The notes: a model not told the origin generated them from the sequence alone. 64,000 nt of DNA from Mytilus californianus (GCF_021869535.1 NW_026262701.1:43400001-43464000), one strand, 5' to 3'. Numbered from the stretch's first letter, positions 24,497-38,228 are shown. Translations and numbers: made by a program.

Positions 24497-24790
24497 ATGG
24501 TCCTGACAAAGTTGTCCTGGATCCTGGTAGCACATCTATCAATGTAACAGAAAACAGTACATTAGGACCTATACATTGCACTGCAGCCTGCAATCCAATA
24601 TGTACATACCAATGGAAACACAAGGGGACAAGTCACTTTGAACTAGTCCAAAACAATTTACTATCAAACCAAAACCAAACTCTTACTGTGCATCACATAA
24701 AGCGAAGCCAGAACGGGACCTACCGTTGTCAAGTGGATTACTATCATTATCACACTTATGAGATATCAGATGTATCAATCAATGTACAGT
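24497..24790 (+). CDS. Receptor gene exon: Ig-like domain 2
   Basis: GTTTAG| ... T|GTATGT, 294 bp, phase 1-1: (Y)GPDKVVLDP...GPIHCTAACNPICTYQW...TLTVHHIKRSQNGTYRCQV...DVSINVQ. Confidence 0.9.
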
Positions 24791-27700
24791 GTATGTATAA
24801 ATCAATTTGGAAACGTTAATTACTTGGAGCTCAGTATGTTACACAAAAATCAAATAAATATTGAATCTCGTTTATTTTATAAAAGACATTAAAATGTAAA
24901 GTTAAGTGTGAACTCTATTTATGTTAATCTTTACAGTAACTTTATCGCGTAATAATATATACATATACAGGTTACATTTCTGTTAGTAATGATAGGTTAA
25001 AGTTATTGGTACATCCAGATATTAAGCATAAACATGTAAATTTCAGAGTTTGAACGTCTTAGTTTGTTTAGTACTTGTGTTTTTTTGTTGTAAACAAGTT
25101 AAAAGCTAAATATAAAGTTTTAGTTATAAATCCAATAGATCGCAATTCAAGCATATCTGTAATTGTCTAGTGAGTTGAGACACACACATATCTTATCGGT
25201 CAACAAAATATTCGTGATTGTGACCGTAAAATATATGTAGTGTCGAATTCCGTCGTTCTTCCTCATTACTCTTTAAGATGAAATTTTATGTAAGCAGAAC
25301 ACCCCGTTTAATAAAGTCCAAAAAGTTTAGACATACACGAGTGTAACGTGTCAATGGAGATATATAAACGTCATACGATGGAACTTTAGAGTATGTAACT
25401 GCAGAGAAATATAGAATTATGGCATTTTTGTTTTTGATACTGACCTCATCAGCAAGAATATCAAGCGAGCACGCTAGGGCAACATGTCCTTATTCTTTTA
25501 ATCCGTAATTTGTCTTAACTTCATTATTTTTTTTTTCTTGAGAACATAAAATAAAATTATATAGTGAGTAAAACTATGTGTACGCGTACAAAGCGTTGTG
25601 ATATTTGTTCGTTTCTACAGTTGAACGGCAAACGCCTGAATCTGACAAATAAAGGTCAATCTGTCGACACAAAAAGTACCCGTATGTGAAATGTTCACGC
25701 CAATAAACAGCGCCACCTATATTTTTTTCTTCGTCGTCTTTCAGAACGATGTTCCGTTCTGTAGGAAATTAAAACATTTAATTAACTAAAACAATGGATA
25801 GTAAGTGTAGAAAACAAATTAAAAGATATATTTTCACATGACTGATTATGCATGATATGCTGGCAATGTGCGCAATGTCCCTTTGATTGAAAATTAGTTT
25901 GGTTCCTACGTCAAAATGGCGGATTCCAATGTTTACATTTTTCCATCAACACAAAAGCTGACCCAATTTCGTGTCCGGCCGTGCATATGCAAATTATTTA
26001 TTGTTTCGGGTAGCTTATCCAATGGCATTCACATCATATAAGTGGCTGTACGTTACCATCCATCGTTGCAAAAGTAGGATGTGTTTGGTGTGTACATCTC
26101 TGGAATGTTGTGTATTCAATTTTTTACAGTAAAAATCAATGTTATCTTCATTATATTTCCATGCATACACAAGTCATAATAACAAATACATTTTTTATAA
26201 AACTTATAATGTAAACAGACATGTTTAACCGTCTGTCTAAGCAAACAAGCGTGTTAATAAAGCTGATGGGTCGTTTTATAATTCAAGCACAGCAGACAAA
26301 CACGTGGTCGTTGATTGATGTTTGTTTGCTAAAAATGCACGCTGTTGTTACTGCATACTTAGAAATAGCCACTTTGTTGTTACTCTTGTTTAATAGCAGA
26401 TATAATTAGTATTTACAAATAGATTGTATTGCTTTTAAGAGTTATACAATACAACTTGCATAAGAAATACTAGTAGGTCTAGCTAAGTCCGTATAAAAAA
26501 TTGAGGCAATGATGTAAATTACCATATTATGATTAACATTACAGCGGCATTTTTTGCATTTTTTGCATTTTATTTATTTCATATATGTACATCGAGAACA
26601 ATAGATTAAATGTACAGGGGTTTAATTCCCACCCTAGGCATTAATTGTAATAGGTGGGAGCAAATAAGGCAGATTGGCCTATATATATAGTGACCCCGCA
26701 TCTACTCTGTTGTTCCCAAGTCTCAAAATTCTGCCCGCTCATGATAAGTCCCAACATCTTTCTTTTCTAAGTATAAAGCAGCTCCTTTCAGGATTAGTAA
26801 GGGAGCACTTTATATATAGCCCAATGGCTAAGTCCTGTCTTTTTTGTCTCTCTTATTTTCTTATTTATATTTTTGTTATTTATATATTTCTTATATCTCT
26901 GATATTTTCTTATTAGCCACCAAGCCACAACTCCTCTTTTTCCTATGCTGCCTAAAAACAATGAACCGGTTCTGTTCATTGTCGATGTCTGTAAAGTGAC
27001 TTATAACTGCTAACAGCCACATTTTTTGGACTCTGGTGGATAGTTATGACTGTTATCTCATTGGCAATCATACCACATCTCCTTATTTTAGTACGTGTTA
27101 ATTATTTCAAAAACTAAATTCAAAAATAATTAATGTTTTTTTTATTAATTGAATAATGTCCTATTGCAATAATGCTGATATGTGATACATATATAACTTT
27201 ATATAACTTTTTCTGAAAAAGTAATAATCTAGATATGTCACAAAAAAGAGATTTTTGGTAAAAGTTAGCAAAAATGTCAGTATTTTAACCACATTTCGGC
27301 ATAGGAAATGTAGAGCGCATCGTCTGACAAGCTAAATACTGTAAATTCAGAAAGTATTGTGAGGTTTTAATAAATGTTAATAATGCGATTGAGTGATTAT
27401 TGCAAAAATAAGAATTCGCATTCTGATTTGATACTGTGAAGATTTTTTCCAAAATCGGAATAATGAATCTCTCATGTTTGTTCATTCTTCAAAAAATTCT
27501 GAATTTACTGTGTTTAAGTCAGCTTTGTTTTCTTTTGTTTTTTAATTGCCTATGCATTTTAGAGCAGTGAAATATGAATTTGGATTAAATTTGAAGTTGA
27601 TTCAGTAAATTCTATGACATAATAACACTCTATTATTTATAAAAAGCATATTCAGACTCTATTTACTGATCACCTTAACTAATCATTCATTATTCAATGA

Positions 27701-29957
27701 ATAATTTAATTATAGGACTCAACAGTTATATGTAGGAATTTTTAATTCAAATTTAAGAAAAAATTTCATAAACTTGTAATGACAGAAATAATGTGAACTG
27801 CATGATATCATATTGCATTTCAGCCTTTTGTTCAGTTTTCTTTGTGTTGATTGTATTGTTTTAATCCCTTTCTGGCTTTTTGGATATTCAGATTTTTCTC
27901 TTAATTTAGAGCCAGCAGCAGAACTTGTACATCTTATATAGTTTTCTAATCTTAAAGGCTAAAGCAGGTATAATAAAAATGTTTTAAACTCTGTCCACTG
28001 CAAATTATCTTTTTTTCCATTCAATATCAATGTTCACAATTTTGAAGCACATATTGTCTATATTTTCTTTTTTTCCATATTGTATTTTTTCTGTTATATG
28101 GAATAATCCCCCCCTTTCAAAAGACCTGGATCCGCTGAAAGGTTCTTACTGTCCTCAGTATTTGCTACTGTTACATCAGGACAAAAGGCTACCAAAAACC
28201 ATGCCTAACGATCATTGATGTCACATAGAAAGAACCCATCTCTTTGCAGATCATAGAAAAACAAAGATAGTTTGGTAACATACATGTATTGTTTAAAAAT
28301 ATCAAGAGAAACATTCCCATACAGAGTCTCGGTAATAAATATAGGCAACAGTAGTATACCGCTGTTCGAAACTCATAAATCGGTAGAGATAAAAACAAAT
28401 CCGGGTTACAAACTAAAACTGAGGGAAACGCATCAAATTTAAGAGGAGAACAACGACACAACAAAATCACAACATTAAAATGTAACACACACACAGAAAC
28501 GAATAAATTGTTTCTCCACTCTTAACAGTGAAATCTTAAATATGTTAATGATCGGCAAGCCTCTCATCTTGAAAATTAAAATGTCTAGAGGAGAGAACTA
28601 TTGTTTCACAATTGATGCTGTGTTATAATGTATGATATCACTTTTTTTCCCATATGATCAGCATACAAAGTGACAAAGAATCTATGAGTTCTTCAGTCTA
28701 AATACTTTTGTTAAATCTCATAATTGATGCAACGTTTTCAGTGCACCAGAGTAAACACTTTCTATTTTAGGTACTTTTTTTAATATAAATTACTTTAATT
28801 GAAGTCTAAATTTTACAGTGAAATTAATATTTAAAAACTGTTCAAACAAACTACATGTACACACACTGAGTTTATTTTCATATGCTTTCAAAGAATATTG
28901 ATACAAAGAAAGTGAAACAAAGATTTGTATCATTCCATCTATCAAAAGGGTGTTTGAGAATAGAAAGCAATTTATGTTCCAAGTTTCAGAGGAAAATAAG
29001 TTTTCTATAATTTTCTTCTTTGGAAGGTTTCAAAAACCTGTAATTAAATTACTTGAAAAAATGCCATATTCAACCATTTCATGTCTATTTTTATGTTACA
29101 AAAGGGGAGGAACATGAAGTTATTTAAGAAAGTGTCGAAATATATCTACAATCATTATTTTTACTCGAATTTACTGTTGTAAACGTGCAATTTCCTACGA
29201 TGCGTGTACGGAGTTATCTCCCTTTGATCTCCACTTCGCCACAAATAAGCTGACGCCATTGCGTGTCCGGTAAATTTAGGGTAGATTATAACTAAAATCT
29301 AAGCTAAAAAATGGGTTTACTTCATATTTTATACCCCTCCATAAGTTACCATACCTATTTAAGGAATAATTAGGGGGTTTCCGTGTACCTACGCAAATTT
29401 TCAGAAAAAAAGTTTCACTTTACTCGTCAATTTAGAATACTTTAACAACACTTTTTAGTAATAAATATAAAGAATAATGAAGCTTATTCACTCAAGATTT
29501 GAACACTTTGAGTTTTATTAATGTACTTGTAAAAATTAGACGATACGAGTAAAAAAACTACGAGGCATGCACGTCTACCAAAAAACCGTAAACTCTGACC
29601 TTTTGTCACGTGACCAATGTCTTGACCTTAGAAGCCATTAAATCGTTTGACGTCCAACTGTCTATGAATGAAGTCGTGTGCATTTCATTGACAAATTGAC
29701 GCGGATAGACGTAATCACGTGACGTTGCTGAACTGTTACGTGACGTAATTGGCTAATATTTTTGAGTATTAGGTCCTGTCCATGATATAGAAAAATATTA
29801 GGTAGTACGATCAAAGACAAAACGTACAAATTGCAGATAACAGTAATCATTGGTATTATCGTAAATAATTTACGAAATAAAAGTATTGATTATTCCCTTA
29901 TTTGGTAACTTCCTCAGTACATGAATAATAGATTTTTTTTATTTTCTTATATCTAAG

Positions 29958-30250
29958 ATGGTCCTGACAGAATTATCCTTGAACCTGCAAGCACAGATAT
30001 CAACGCAATAGAAGGAACTACCTTAGGCCCTATACATTGTACTGTAACCTGTAATCCGGAATGTAAATACCAATGGGAATACAATGCGACAGGACATTTT
30101 GAAATCGTTCCAGTCAAATTGGTATCAAACCATGGCAGGACTCTTACTGTGCCACAAATTAAAAGAAGTCAGACAGGAACCTTTCGTTGTCATGTGGATA
30201 ATTATTGTTCTCAAATAAACAAGACAGTAGATGTAACAATCAATGTATTT
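29958..30250 (+). CDS. Receptor gene exon: Ig-like domain 3 (paralog of Ig2; donor position ambiguous)
   Basis: TCTAAG|ATGGTCCTGAC: GPDRIILEP...GPIHCTVTCNPECKYQW...TLTVPQIKRSQTGTFRCHV...DVTINVF. The homologous donor is 1 nt out of phase; an alternative phase-1 GT lies at 30276. Confidence 0.8.
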
Positions 30251-31351
30251 GTATTACTTCTGCAAAATCATAACTGTGACTTAAAAGAGCTTTACACGTT
30301 TAAAGTATTAACATATTTTAACTCTACCCCATGATAAGCCTTCAGTTAGTTGTCACTTGTAAGGTAGATTGTTACGCCAATAAAGAATGTTTTCAAATAC
30401 ATGATGGTTTCGGAATTTCGGAGTTTAGAACCGGAATAAAAGATTCAATTATATTTGTATACTCTCTGACCTATTTTATGCTAAAAGTAATATTGAATAT
30501 CAATGTACATATTATACAGCGCAAAATCAATTATAAATTAGATAGCAAAATGCAAAGACAAAAAAAATGATAAAATATCAAAAGTGAACTGAGCTAAGGT
30601 AAGTATATTAAACACATACTAATCATTGAGTTTAATTTATATAACTTCCAATAAGTACCACTTATTGGGGTCTCTGCTGTTTATAAAAATGGCCAAACTC
30701 TTTCTACGAGTCATCGGTTCGGGCGAGACAACAAAAAAACGTGCACCTCCTTACATAGCAATTGGCAAGAATAGACAAAATAATAAAAGTTTAGTTTTGA
30801 ACTATGGACTCTTCTTCACACGTAACTCATTCTTTACACTATCATTTCATATTATGTAAATGTATTCTTCTTATATTTAAAGGGATTTGGATAGTTTGCA
30901 CTATGAAATAATTCCAAGAATATTGGAAACATATGCAACTTTTAAGAATAACTCTACTAATATAATGCAGCGTCATTATTTCGAAGTTGGCAATCTCTAG
31001 GACAATGTCATCGGTCTTGAAAGCAAGAACGCAAAAGTAATAACTAAGTTGAATCTAAATAAAAGATAATATATTCCTCAACACAACTTTATCAAATTTC
31101 GTTATGATCATCTAGTTTTTATTTGAAATTATAAGCAGAACTAAATCCCAAACAAAATAATAAATACTGAAGAATGAACAGAGTTATGTATATTTTAAAT
31201 TATCAATCAAATATTCTATGAACGAATTCCTACAATGTACATGTAAAATAATGTTATACTCATTACATTTGTGTTATGCTCATCACTTTAAAACGCATAT
31301 GATAGCCTTTTCTTTTAACATAATCATTGTAATATTTTATTTTTCCAATAG

Positions 31352-31474
31352 TGTTCGAGTGTCCAACAAAAGGTTTTCAAGTAGTCACATCAGGCATGTT
31401 TGATGTAGGAATAGCAACATTAGTTGTTGGTTTGGTAGCTCTAATTTCAGCAACAACTCTCTTTATTCTTAAAC
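31352..31474 (+). CDS. Receptor gene exon: transmembrane helix
   Basis: TTTTCCAATAG| ... C|GTGAGT, 123 bp, phase 1-1: FECPTKGFQVVTSGMFDVGIATLVVGLVALISATTLFILK. Confidence 0.82.
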
Positions 31475-32829
31475 GTGAGTTGTAGTTTACATAACTGCAC
31501 AGTTTTGTAAATCGTTTTACTTATAACATTTTTTAAAGATAATTTAATATTAAGTAGTTGTGTCGTGCTTTAAATATTTGTTTTTGTTAAGAAAATATTA
31601 TGCATGTGTATGCAATTATGTGGAAAATACATGTAATTATATTTTATTCTTTGTATAATCCCTTGTTTTCCCGAATAGAAGTATAGTATAAAATAAGAAA
31701 TATGAAACGAATATGAAACAAAACAGCCCATTCTCCTTACAAACAGTAATGTAGTAGATGAGGGTCTGGAAAAGGAGATTCTTCATTCCCATATTCTTAA
31801 ATGTATAAGTGTATGTATGCAATCTTAATTTATTTTGACCATTATTTCCTTCTCGTTATGTTAAAGCACATCTTTATTCGCTATTCTCTTGAACAATTTT
31901 TAAAACCAAGGTCGAATTGTTGTTAGATAATGAACTTCACGCCAGTCTGTATGTCCGTCCGACATTCCATCCGTCATATTTTTAGTTTCCAATTGATATA
32001 TGGAGACCCAATTTTTTAAAGTAATTGAAATTTTTATGAAATGTTTAGAAACGCTAAAGACAGGTTTAGATTGTTTTTCGTCGTTTTTATTTTTCCATTT
32101 TACAGTTTTGGTATTGGATTGTTGCAATAATTCAAAATGTTGTGGTTACCGCAAAATAAACGCAGAACCCCTGTATGATATTGATTGACATTCTAAAGGA
32201 AATATTAAGACCACCACACACAATTTATGTTTGATTTTCTAATTTTTCAAGTTATTGTTCTTGATCATTTGGAAAATTATAAAATGTTTCTTGTTGATAA
32301 ATAGCGAACGACTTTTGAAAATGGTTGAAATTTTATTGGAGTGTTTTGGACAACTAAACAGAAGCATATTTTTCAAAAAAAAATAAATTTGTTCTGAATT
32401 ATATCCCTTTATCAAATGATATTACCTTTTCATTTCATTTTAAAATCGAAATTAATACGTGCGGTTTAGTTTGTCACAGCATCCCTAATTTCTAGAGGTG
32501 TTTGCATCATACTGTACGTGAATGTAATATAAGAAAACAGCTATATAGTATTATCAAGTTCTACATTCTAAATAACATTTTCTATGCCTTTAAACTCAGA
32601 TATAAATATTACAACATCTATAAAGTATCATCGTTTTATTAGTTGTATCATGAAGGGGGTTCTTCAATAACAATTTCGATCTCTTAAACTGAGGCTCTTT
32701 CACAAAGGTTGATTCCAATTAAAACAGTTCAAAGGTTTCGTTTACTTTTTGAAAAATCTAGTGCATGCATTTACATTTCAAAATATATTATATGGTTTTT
32801 TTTTTGAATCTCCAAGGGTTACTGGGGAA

Positions 32830-33110
32830 TAGAAATATGGTCACTACAGGTCTTCTTCCGACCGGTTGAAAAACCCTTGCCAAATTGGGTCGTCCGGTGG
32901 GCTTTGCGGGATGTATAAAGTACGCAGCCACGTCCGGTCAGAATGGGGACGTTAAATCCGATGCCTCGTGTAGAGAGAGTGTTACCCTCTCTGCATGTTA
33001 AGAACCCAGGCAACAACTCTTTGAGGGTTCCGTAGGTGGACTGATGCAAGGTTATATTTCTATCCCTATCCAATATACCCTGATTTTGCCGTGGCGGTCC
33101 AAATTTTTCC
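32830..33110 (+). mobile_element. SINE remnant (conserved central domain); second copy at 52640-52950 on the - strand
   Basis: GGGACGTTAAATCCGATGCCTCGTGTAGAGAGAG...GCATGTTAAGAACCC is matched in reverse by 52790-52870. No intact tRNA head. Confidence 0.6.
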
Positions 33111-33805
33111 GACCTGCAACCCAGTTGACCTCTATTACCGGACCTACCTATTGGATTTATTTGGTAATTTGTTCACCAGCCAATTTTTCCTGTTTACACA
33201 GATCTTATTTTGTATGTTGAATTTTATGTTCAAAATTATGTGTTTTTTTTCAGTAAAAGCGACATTACTATCAGAGTGATAGTTTTCTCGATCGATTTGA
33301 ATTATCTAAAGTCACAAAAAGTTTAAAAGTTAAAGAGTCTTTTGCAAACACGTGTTTTCGTATTCGATTGCTTTCCGTTATATACATCATCGCATGGAAT
33401 CACAAGTCATGAGCAAAATGATGGTTGTCGTTAGTGAAAAAGGAAATCCTTAAATAATCGTTAGTAGCACCTGAGTTCACTAGAGGTTATGATGGGACTC
33501 GTTTTACTTAAACTTTAAGGTGTGTGGTATTTTTTTTTTTTTACTTTTGTTTATTTGTTGTTTACGATTTTTGTTTTGATATGGTGTTTGTTTTTGGTCT
33601 TCATTCAACGTACGTTATTTGAATAACCCCTGGTATCTGTTCCCACTTTTGTCCAATTAATAACAGAATCTGAAATTGTTTACAGTTTGTTTACACGAAT
33701 ATCTTAAATGTACTACTTGGTGCTTTAACCTGATGAGGGTTGTCAGATAATTTACTGTACCAGTAAATTGTACTTTGAATTCATTCATCCATTCATTTTT
33801 TGCAG

Positions 33806-33836
33806 GTGTGAAAACCAAGAATGTAAGACCAAATGA
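33806..33836 (+). CDS. Receptor gene: basic juxtamembrane cytoplasmic micro-exon (R)VKTKNVRPN
   Basis: TTTTTTGCAG| ... GA|GTACGT, phase 1-2. Compatible with the phase-2 exon at 40528. Confidence 0.55.
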
Positions 33837-34704
33837 GTACGTATTATACCAAATGTTTAAATTCTGTTCATTGCAATCTGCGAAATATATCATAGTTAAA
33901 CTAATTAACATGTGTCAATATCAGGTTGAGGGCGATTAGGTCAGTTTACTAGCAAAATTGTTCATAAAATCATACTCTGAGATAAAACAAGCATGATAAC
34001 TTTGTAACATATTATAATATGTATATAAAGAACACAAGTACATCAAATGTCAAATGCAATGTACCCTTTTTCAATGAATCAAGTAAAATGCAAACATTTA
34101 CTGAAAGCCAAAATATTTGTTTGTAATTAAGGTGTAAACAAATAGTGTTATTTGCAAATAGACAGCTTTATCTCTGTTCTATTTTTAATATAAAACATTT
34201 ATTTATCTATTCAAAATTTGGTAGATTAAAAGTAAAAAAAAAATCTTTAAGGTAAAAAAGTTTAGATAGATAAATAAAATAGGCAAGATTTATGTGTTTT
34301 GTTGGCGTTAAAGGGAGTATGATATTGCAATATGTATCCTAGGGCAAAGATGAAAAATGCTTACATTTGTACGACTTTAAACACATTTATTAACATTTGG
34401 TGAAATTGAATGAGGATTGTATTCTTTTTAACAAATAATGTAGGTAAATATATAGTACACAATGTATTACTTTATCTAATTCTTTGGCCATTTAACCTTT
34501 TCTGGGCCCATTATTCCAAAAAAATAATGTGTGCTTGTCGTTGAAATCAGTAGATGATTGGCTACTCTCTGGATGAATCGAAATATGCTAACAATTGTTC
34601 GAGAATTTGAGAATTTTGTGGAATGTGGAAGGCATTCGAAGGGGATTTTAGTTTTTCAAAAATGAAAAATAATTTGACAATCTTTAGAGAAACAGATTCT
34701 TACA

Positions 34705-34835
34705 TAGTTACTCGTGGATTTATCCAATCTCGATAGTTTAATTATCGATATGTAAAGTCCTCGCCGAGGCTCGTACTTTAAAATTCGATGACTTTACTAT
34801 CTCGATTGGAAAAATCGGACAATCCACTGGTTATA
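34705..34835. mobile_element. Small palindromic MITE
   Basis: GTGGATTTATCCAATCTCGATAGT ... ACTATCTCGATTGG..ACAATCCAC inverted arms around a central CCTCGCCGAGG palindrome. Confidence 0.5.
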
Positions 34836-34984
34836 ATGCAAAAACCTATATGCATATACCCATGTGCAGTACAATATAATGTCGAAGCATCTATGCTCAC
34901 TCCGTTTAGAAATCATGGAATTCCTGCTGGATTTTTTCTTGGTTTGTAAATTCAAAATTGATTAATAAGACATCAACTACTGAT

Positions 34985-36110
34985 GTCTTTTAGATATCGC
35001 ACTTCCTGAAAATAGCAATCAGGGCATTTTCAGATGGTGACGTTCCCTTGTCACCATCTTATGGTGTTTATATATCTCAACTTGTACGATTCGCTAGTGT
35101 ATGTAACAACGTATTAGATTTTAGCGAGAGAAATTTATGTATTACTGAAAAATTATTACACCAGGGTTTTCGATATCATAAACTAGTCAAAACATTTACT
35201 AAATTTTATCATCGGTATAAGGACATCATTCATAAATGTAACTCAACATGCAGACATCTTATACGTTCGGGTATTTCACATCCAATCTTTTATGGTAATA
35301 TTCTTTAAAAAGCACAAACATGTCAGTATTCACCTCAAAAGCTAACAAAACCTTTAAACAGACTTATTAAGAAGGGATATAGTTACGATACTGTTGTCAG
35401 GTCATTAAAGATTGTATATTTTGGCTTTAATATTGATTCACTTATAGGGTCTTTGCATCGGAATTAAACATATTTATTCTAAAACCAGTTGTTGGCATGA
35501 CACTGGTTATGTTCTTCTCATATTTTTTATGATGGTATAATACTAAACCCCTAACAGGAGGGATTATGCCTGATATTCATATAATGAAGACATAATCTTT
35601 CAATCAGTTTAATTGAGGTCTGGAGCTGGCATGTCAGTAACTGCTAGTAGTCTGTTGTTATTCATGTATTATTGTCATTTTGTTTATTTTCTTTTGTTTT
35701 CTATTCTGACATCGGACTCGGACTTCTCTTAAACTAAGTTTTACTGTGCGTACTGTTGTGCGTTTGTTTTTTCTACATTGGCTAGAGGTATAGGGGGAGA
35801 GTTGAGATCTCAAAAAACATGTTTAACCCCGCCGCATTTTTGCGCCTGTCCCAAGTCAGGAGCCTCTGGCCTTTGTTAGTCTTGTATCATTTTTAATTTT
35901 AGTTTCTTGTGTATAATTTGGAGTTTAGTATGACGTCCATTATCACTAAACTAGTAAACATATTAGTTTAGGGGCCAGCTGAAGGACGCCTCTGGGTGTG
36001 GGAGTTTCTCGCTGCATTGAAGACCCATTGGTTGCCTTCGGCTGTTGTCTGCTCTATGGTCGGGTTGTTGTCTCTTTGACACATTCCCAATTTCCATTCT
36101 CAATTTTATG
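34985..36110 (+). mobile_element. 5'-truncated Penelope-like element (end of RT ORF plus 3' region)
   Basis: SPSYGVYISQLVRFASVCNNVLDFSERNLCITEKLLHQGFRYHKLVKTFTKFY...KKGYSYDTVVRSLKIVYFGFNIDSLIGSLHRN*. Confidence 0.85.
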
Positions 36111-36699
36111 CATACGTAGATTTGTCATTTACACTTTTTTAAGAATGTTTTACATTGGTGAATGTGTTTATTTTTTAACTTACTGATGGAGCATAGGGGT
36201 ATCAATACTGAAATTAATTTTAGATGTGAATCAACATAATATAAAATATACAATATGCATAAATACAAAGAAACTTTTGATAAGTTTGAAATACATTTAA
36301 ATTTTGAAAGTTCAGTTCATTGACTGATTTCCTTCACAGGCACTTTAAACAAGTTTTTGCATATTTTAACAATAAGTTTCCGTCTCTGTTTATATACAAA
36401 AGGTCTTTGTTTATATATAAGAGGTCATTGTTTATATATAAACAAAAGGAGGAAATAGCTTTAAATTTCCAGCTAAAACAAACTAGTTTTCCTTTTCGTT
36501 AAAATGTTAAAATTATACTCAAAATAGTATTATTAAACAGATTAAAAATTTCAGCTCATGTACGTCTTCCAACATATCAAAGTGCTGTTTATGTTTATTG
36601 AAATACAGTATACTGAATAATAAACAGAGCTTAAACAGTTGGATACATAATGGAGTAACACGTGGCATACGCCTAACACTCAGTATTTTAAACGTTTAT

Positions 36700-37895
36700 G
36701 TTACTAAACGGATAGACAATGAAAATAGGGAATATGTTAAAGAGACAAACATCGACCAAAAAACAGAAAACAGCCCAAGGCCACAAATGGTCATCAACGC
36801 AATGATAAAGTTCTGCACCTGGATGCGGGCTTCAGCAAGTCACTTAACAATAATGTGTAATAGTTCAGCGAAATGGACGCCACACTAAACTCCAAAACAA
36901 CCATATGTACAAAAATTTAAAAAAAAAAAAAACACACAGGACTAACAAAGACTAGAGGTTCCTGATTTAGGAGAGTCGAGAAAATGCAGCGGAGTTAAAC
37001 ATGTGTTGTGATACACTGCCCCTATACAAATGCACCTCTAGCCAATGTGGAATTAACAAACACACAACAATATGCACTGTAAAACTCTGTTAAAAGAAGT
37101 CCGAGTCCGGCGTTAGATAAGGTAACTGAAGAACCTAAACAAACTGACAATGATTAACACAAATTAACAAAGGACTACTAGCAGTTACTGACATGATAAC
37201 TGCAAACCTAAATTAAACTAATCGAAAGGTTGTCTTAATAATAAGAAAATCAACCACATTCCGCCCATTAGAGGTTTAGTATCATGCCATCATAAATTAC
37301 TGTAAACCAAGTAATTTTCGCAAGCGATTTATTTTTGCGACTTTCGCGAGTAGAAAAATAACGCTAATATAGATCGCCGCGAACATGTAAAACTTGGATC
37401 TTTCCTCATTTAACTACATCAGGTAAATTTGAAACTCGCGATATTAAATCGTCGCGAAATGGGCATGAAAGGACTTAACGCGAAATAAAGTATCCGCGAA
37501 AATAAGTTGGTTTGCAGTATACGAGAACATTACCCGTATCATGCCAACAACTGGTTCTAGAATAAATGTGTTTATTTCCGATGCAATACCCTATGCCTAA
37601 ATCAATATTAATTCCAAAACTGCCATGATATTCAATAACTTGCCGAATGTATTGTTATTATATCCCTAGTGATTAAGTCTGTTTAAAGGTTTGGTTAGCA
37701 TTTGAGATGAAGGACGACATTTTTGTAGTTTTGTAAGAATATTAACATAAATGATGGGATGTGAAATACCTAAACGTATGAGACATGCGATATGTCTGCA
37801 TGTTGATCTATATTTACGAATGAATTCCTTATACTCATGATAGCATTCAGTAAACGTTTTGAAAAGTTTGTGATAACAGACACCCTGATATCATT
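36700..37895 (-). mobile_element. Diverged second copy of the same Penelope-like 3' region, tail-to-tail with 34985-36110
   Basis: Reverse-complement similarity, e.g. AATAAATGTGTTTATTTCCGATGCAA and GGGAATATGTTAAAGAGACAA. Interrupted by a MITE at 37300-37517. Confidence 0.75.
37300..37517. mobile_element. Tc1/mariner-like MITE (TA TSD), same family as 22779-22965
   Basis: TA|CTGTAAACCAAGT ... AGTTGGTTTGCAG|TA, with internal CGCGA motifs shared with the 22.8-kb copy. Confidence 0.8.
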
Positions 37896-38190
37896 GCTAC
37901 AATGTAGTAAAATATATGCCTTTTTAATTCAACTTAATTTTGTTAATTCTGAATAATATCTCTGCATATTCACCTCCATATTATGTATTCAAATGATGAA
38001 TTTTCATTCTAAGCGGTTATCTCGATGCTTAATTAGATGACGTCTTGTCTAAAAAGCCACGAAATGTTGAAATATTAAAAATATTTCATTTATTGTGAAT
38101 TGTTTCTTTTTGACTTTTTTGTATACGTTTCAGGCTTCAATGCAAAAAAGAGAATTTAATTGAACACGGTTGAAAACAAATTTGACAGCT

Positions 38191-38228
<38 letters not shown>

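Noticed and set aside
38134-38159. Alternative last exon (R)FNAKKRI* after the TM exon
   Set aside because: Good acceptor, but it cannot be joined in frame between the phase-2 exons 33806-33836 and 40528-40593. It remains possible only as an alternative short-tail isoform, so it is not listed as a feature.
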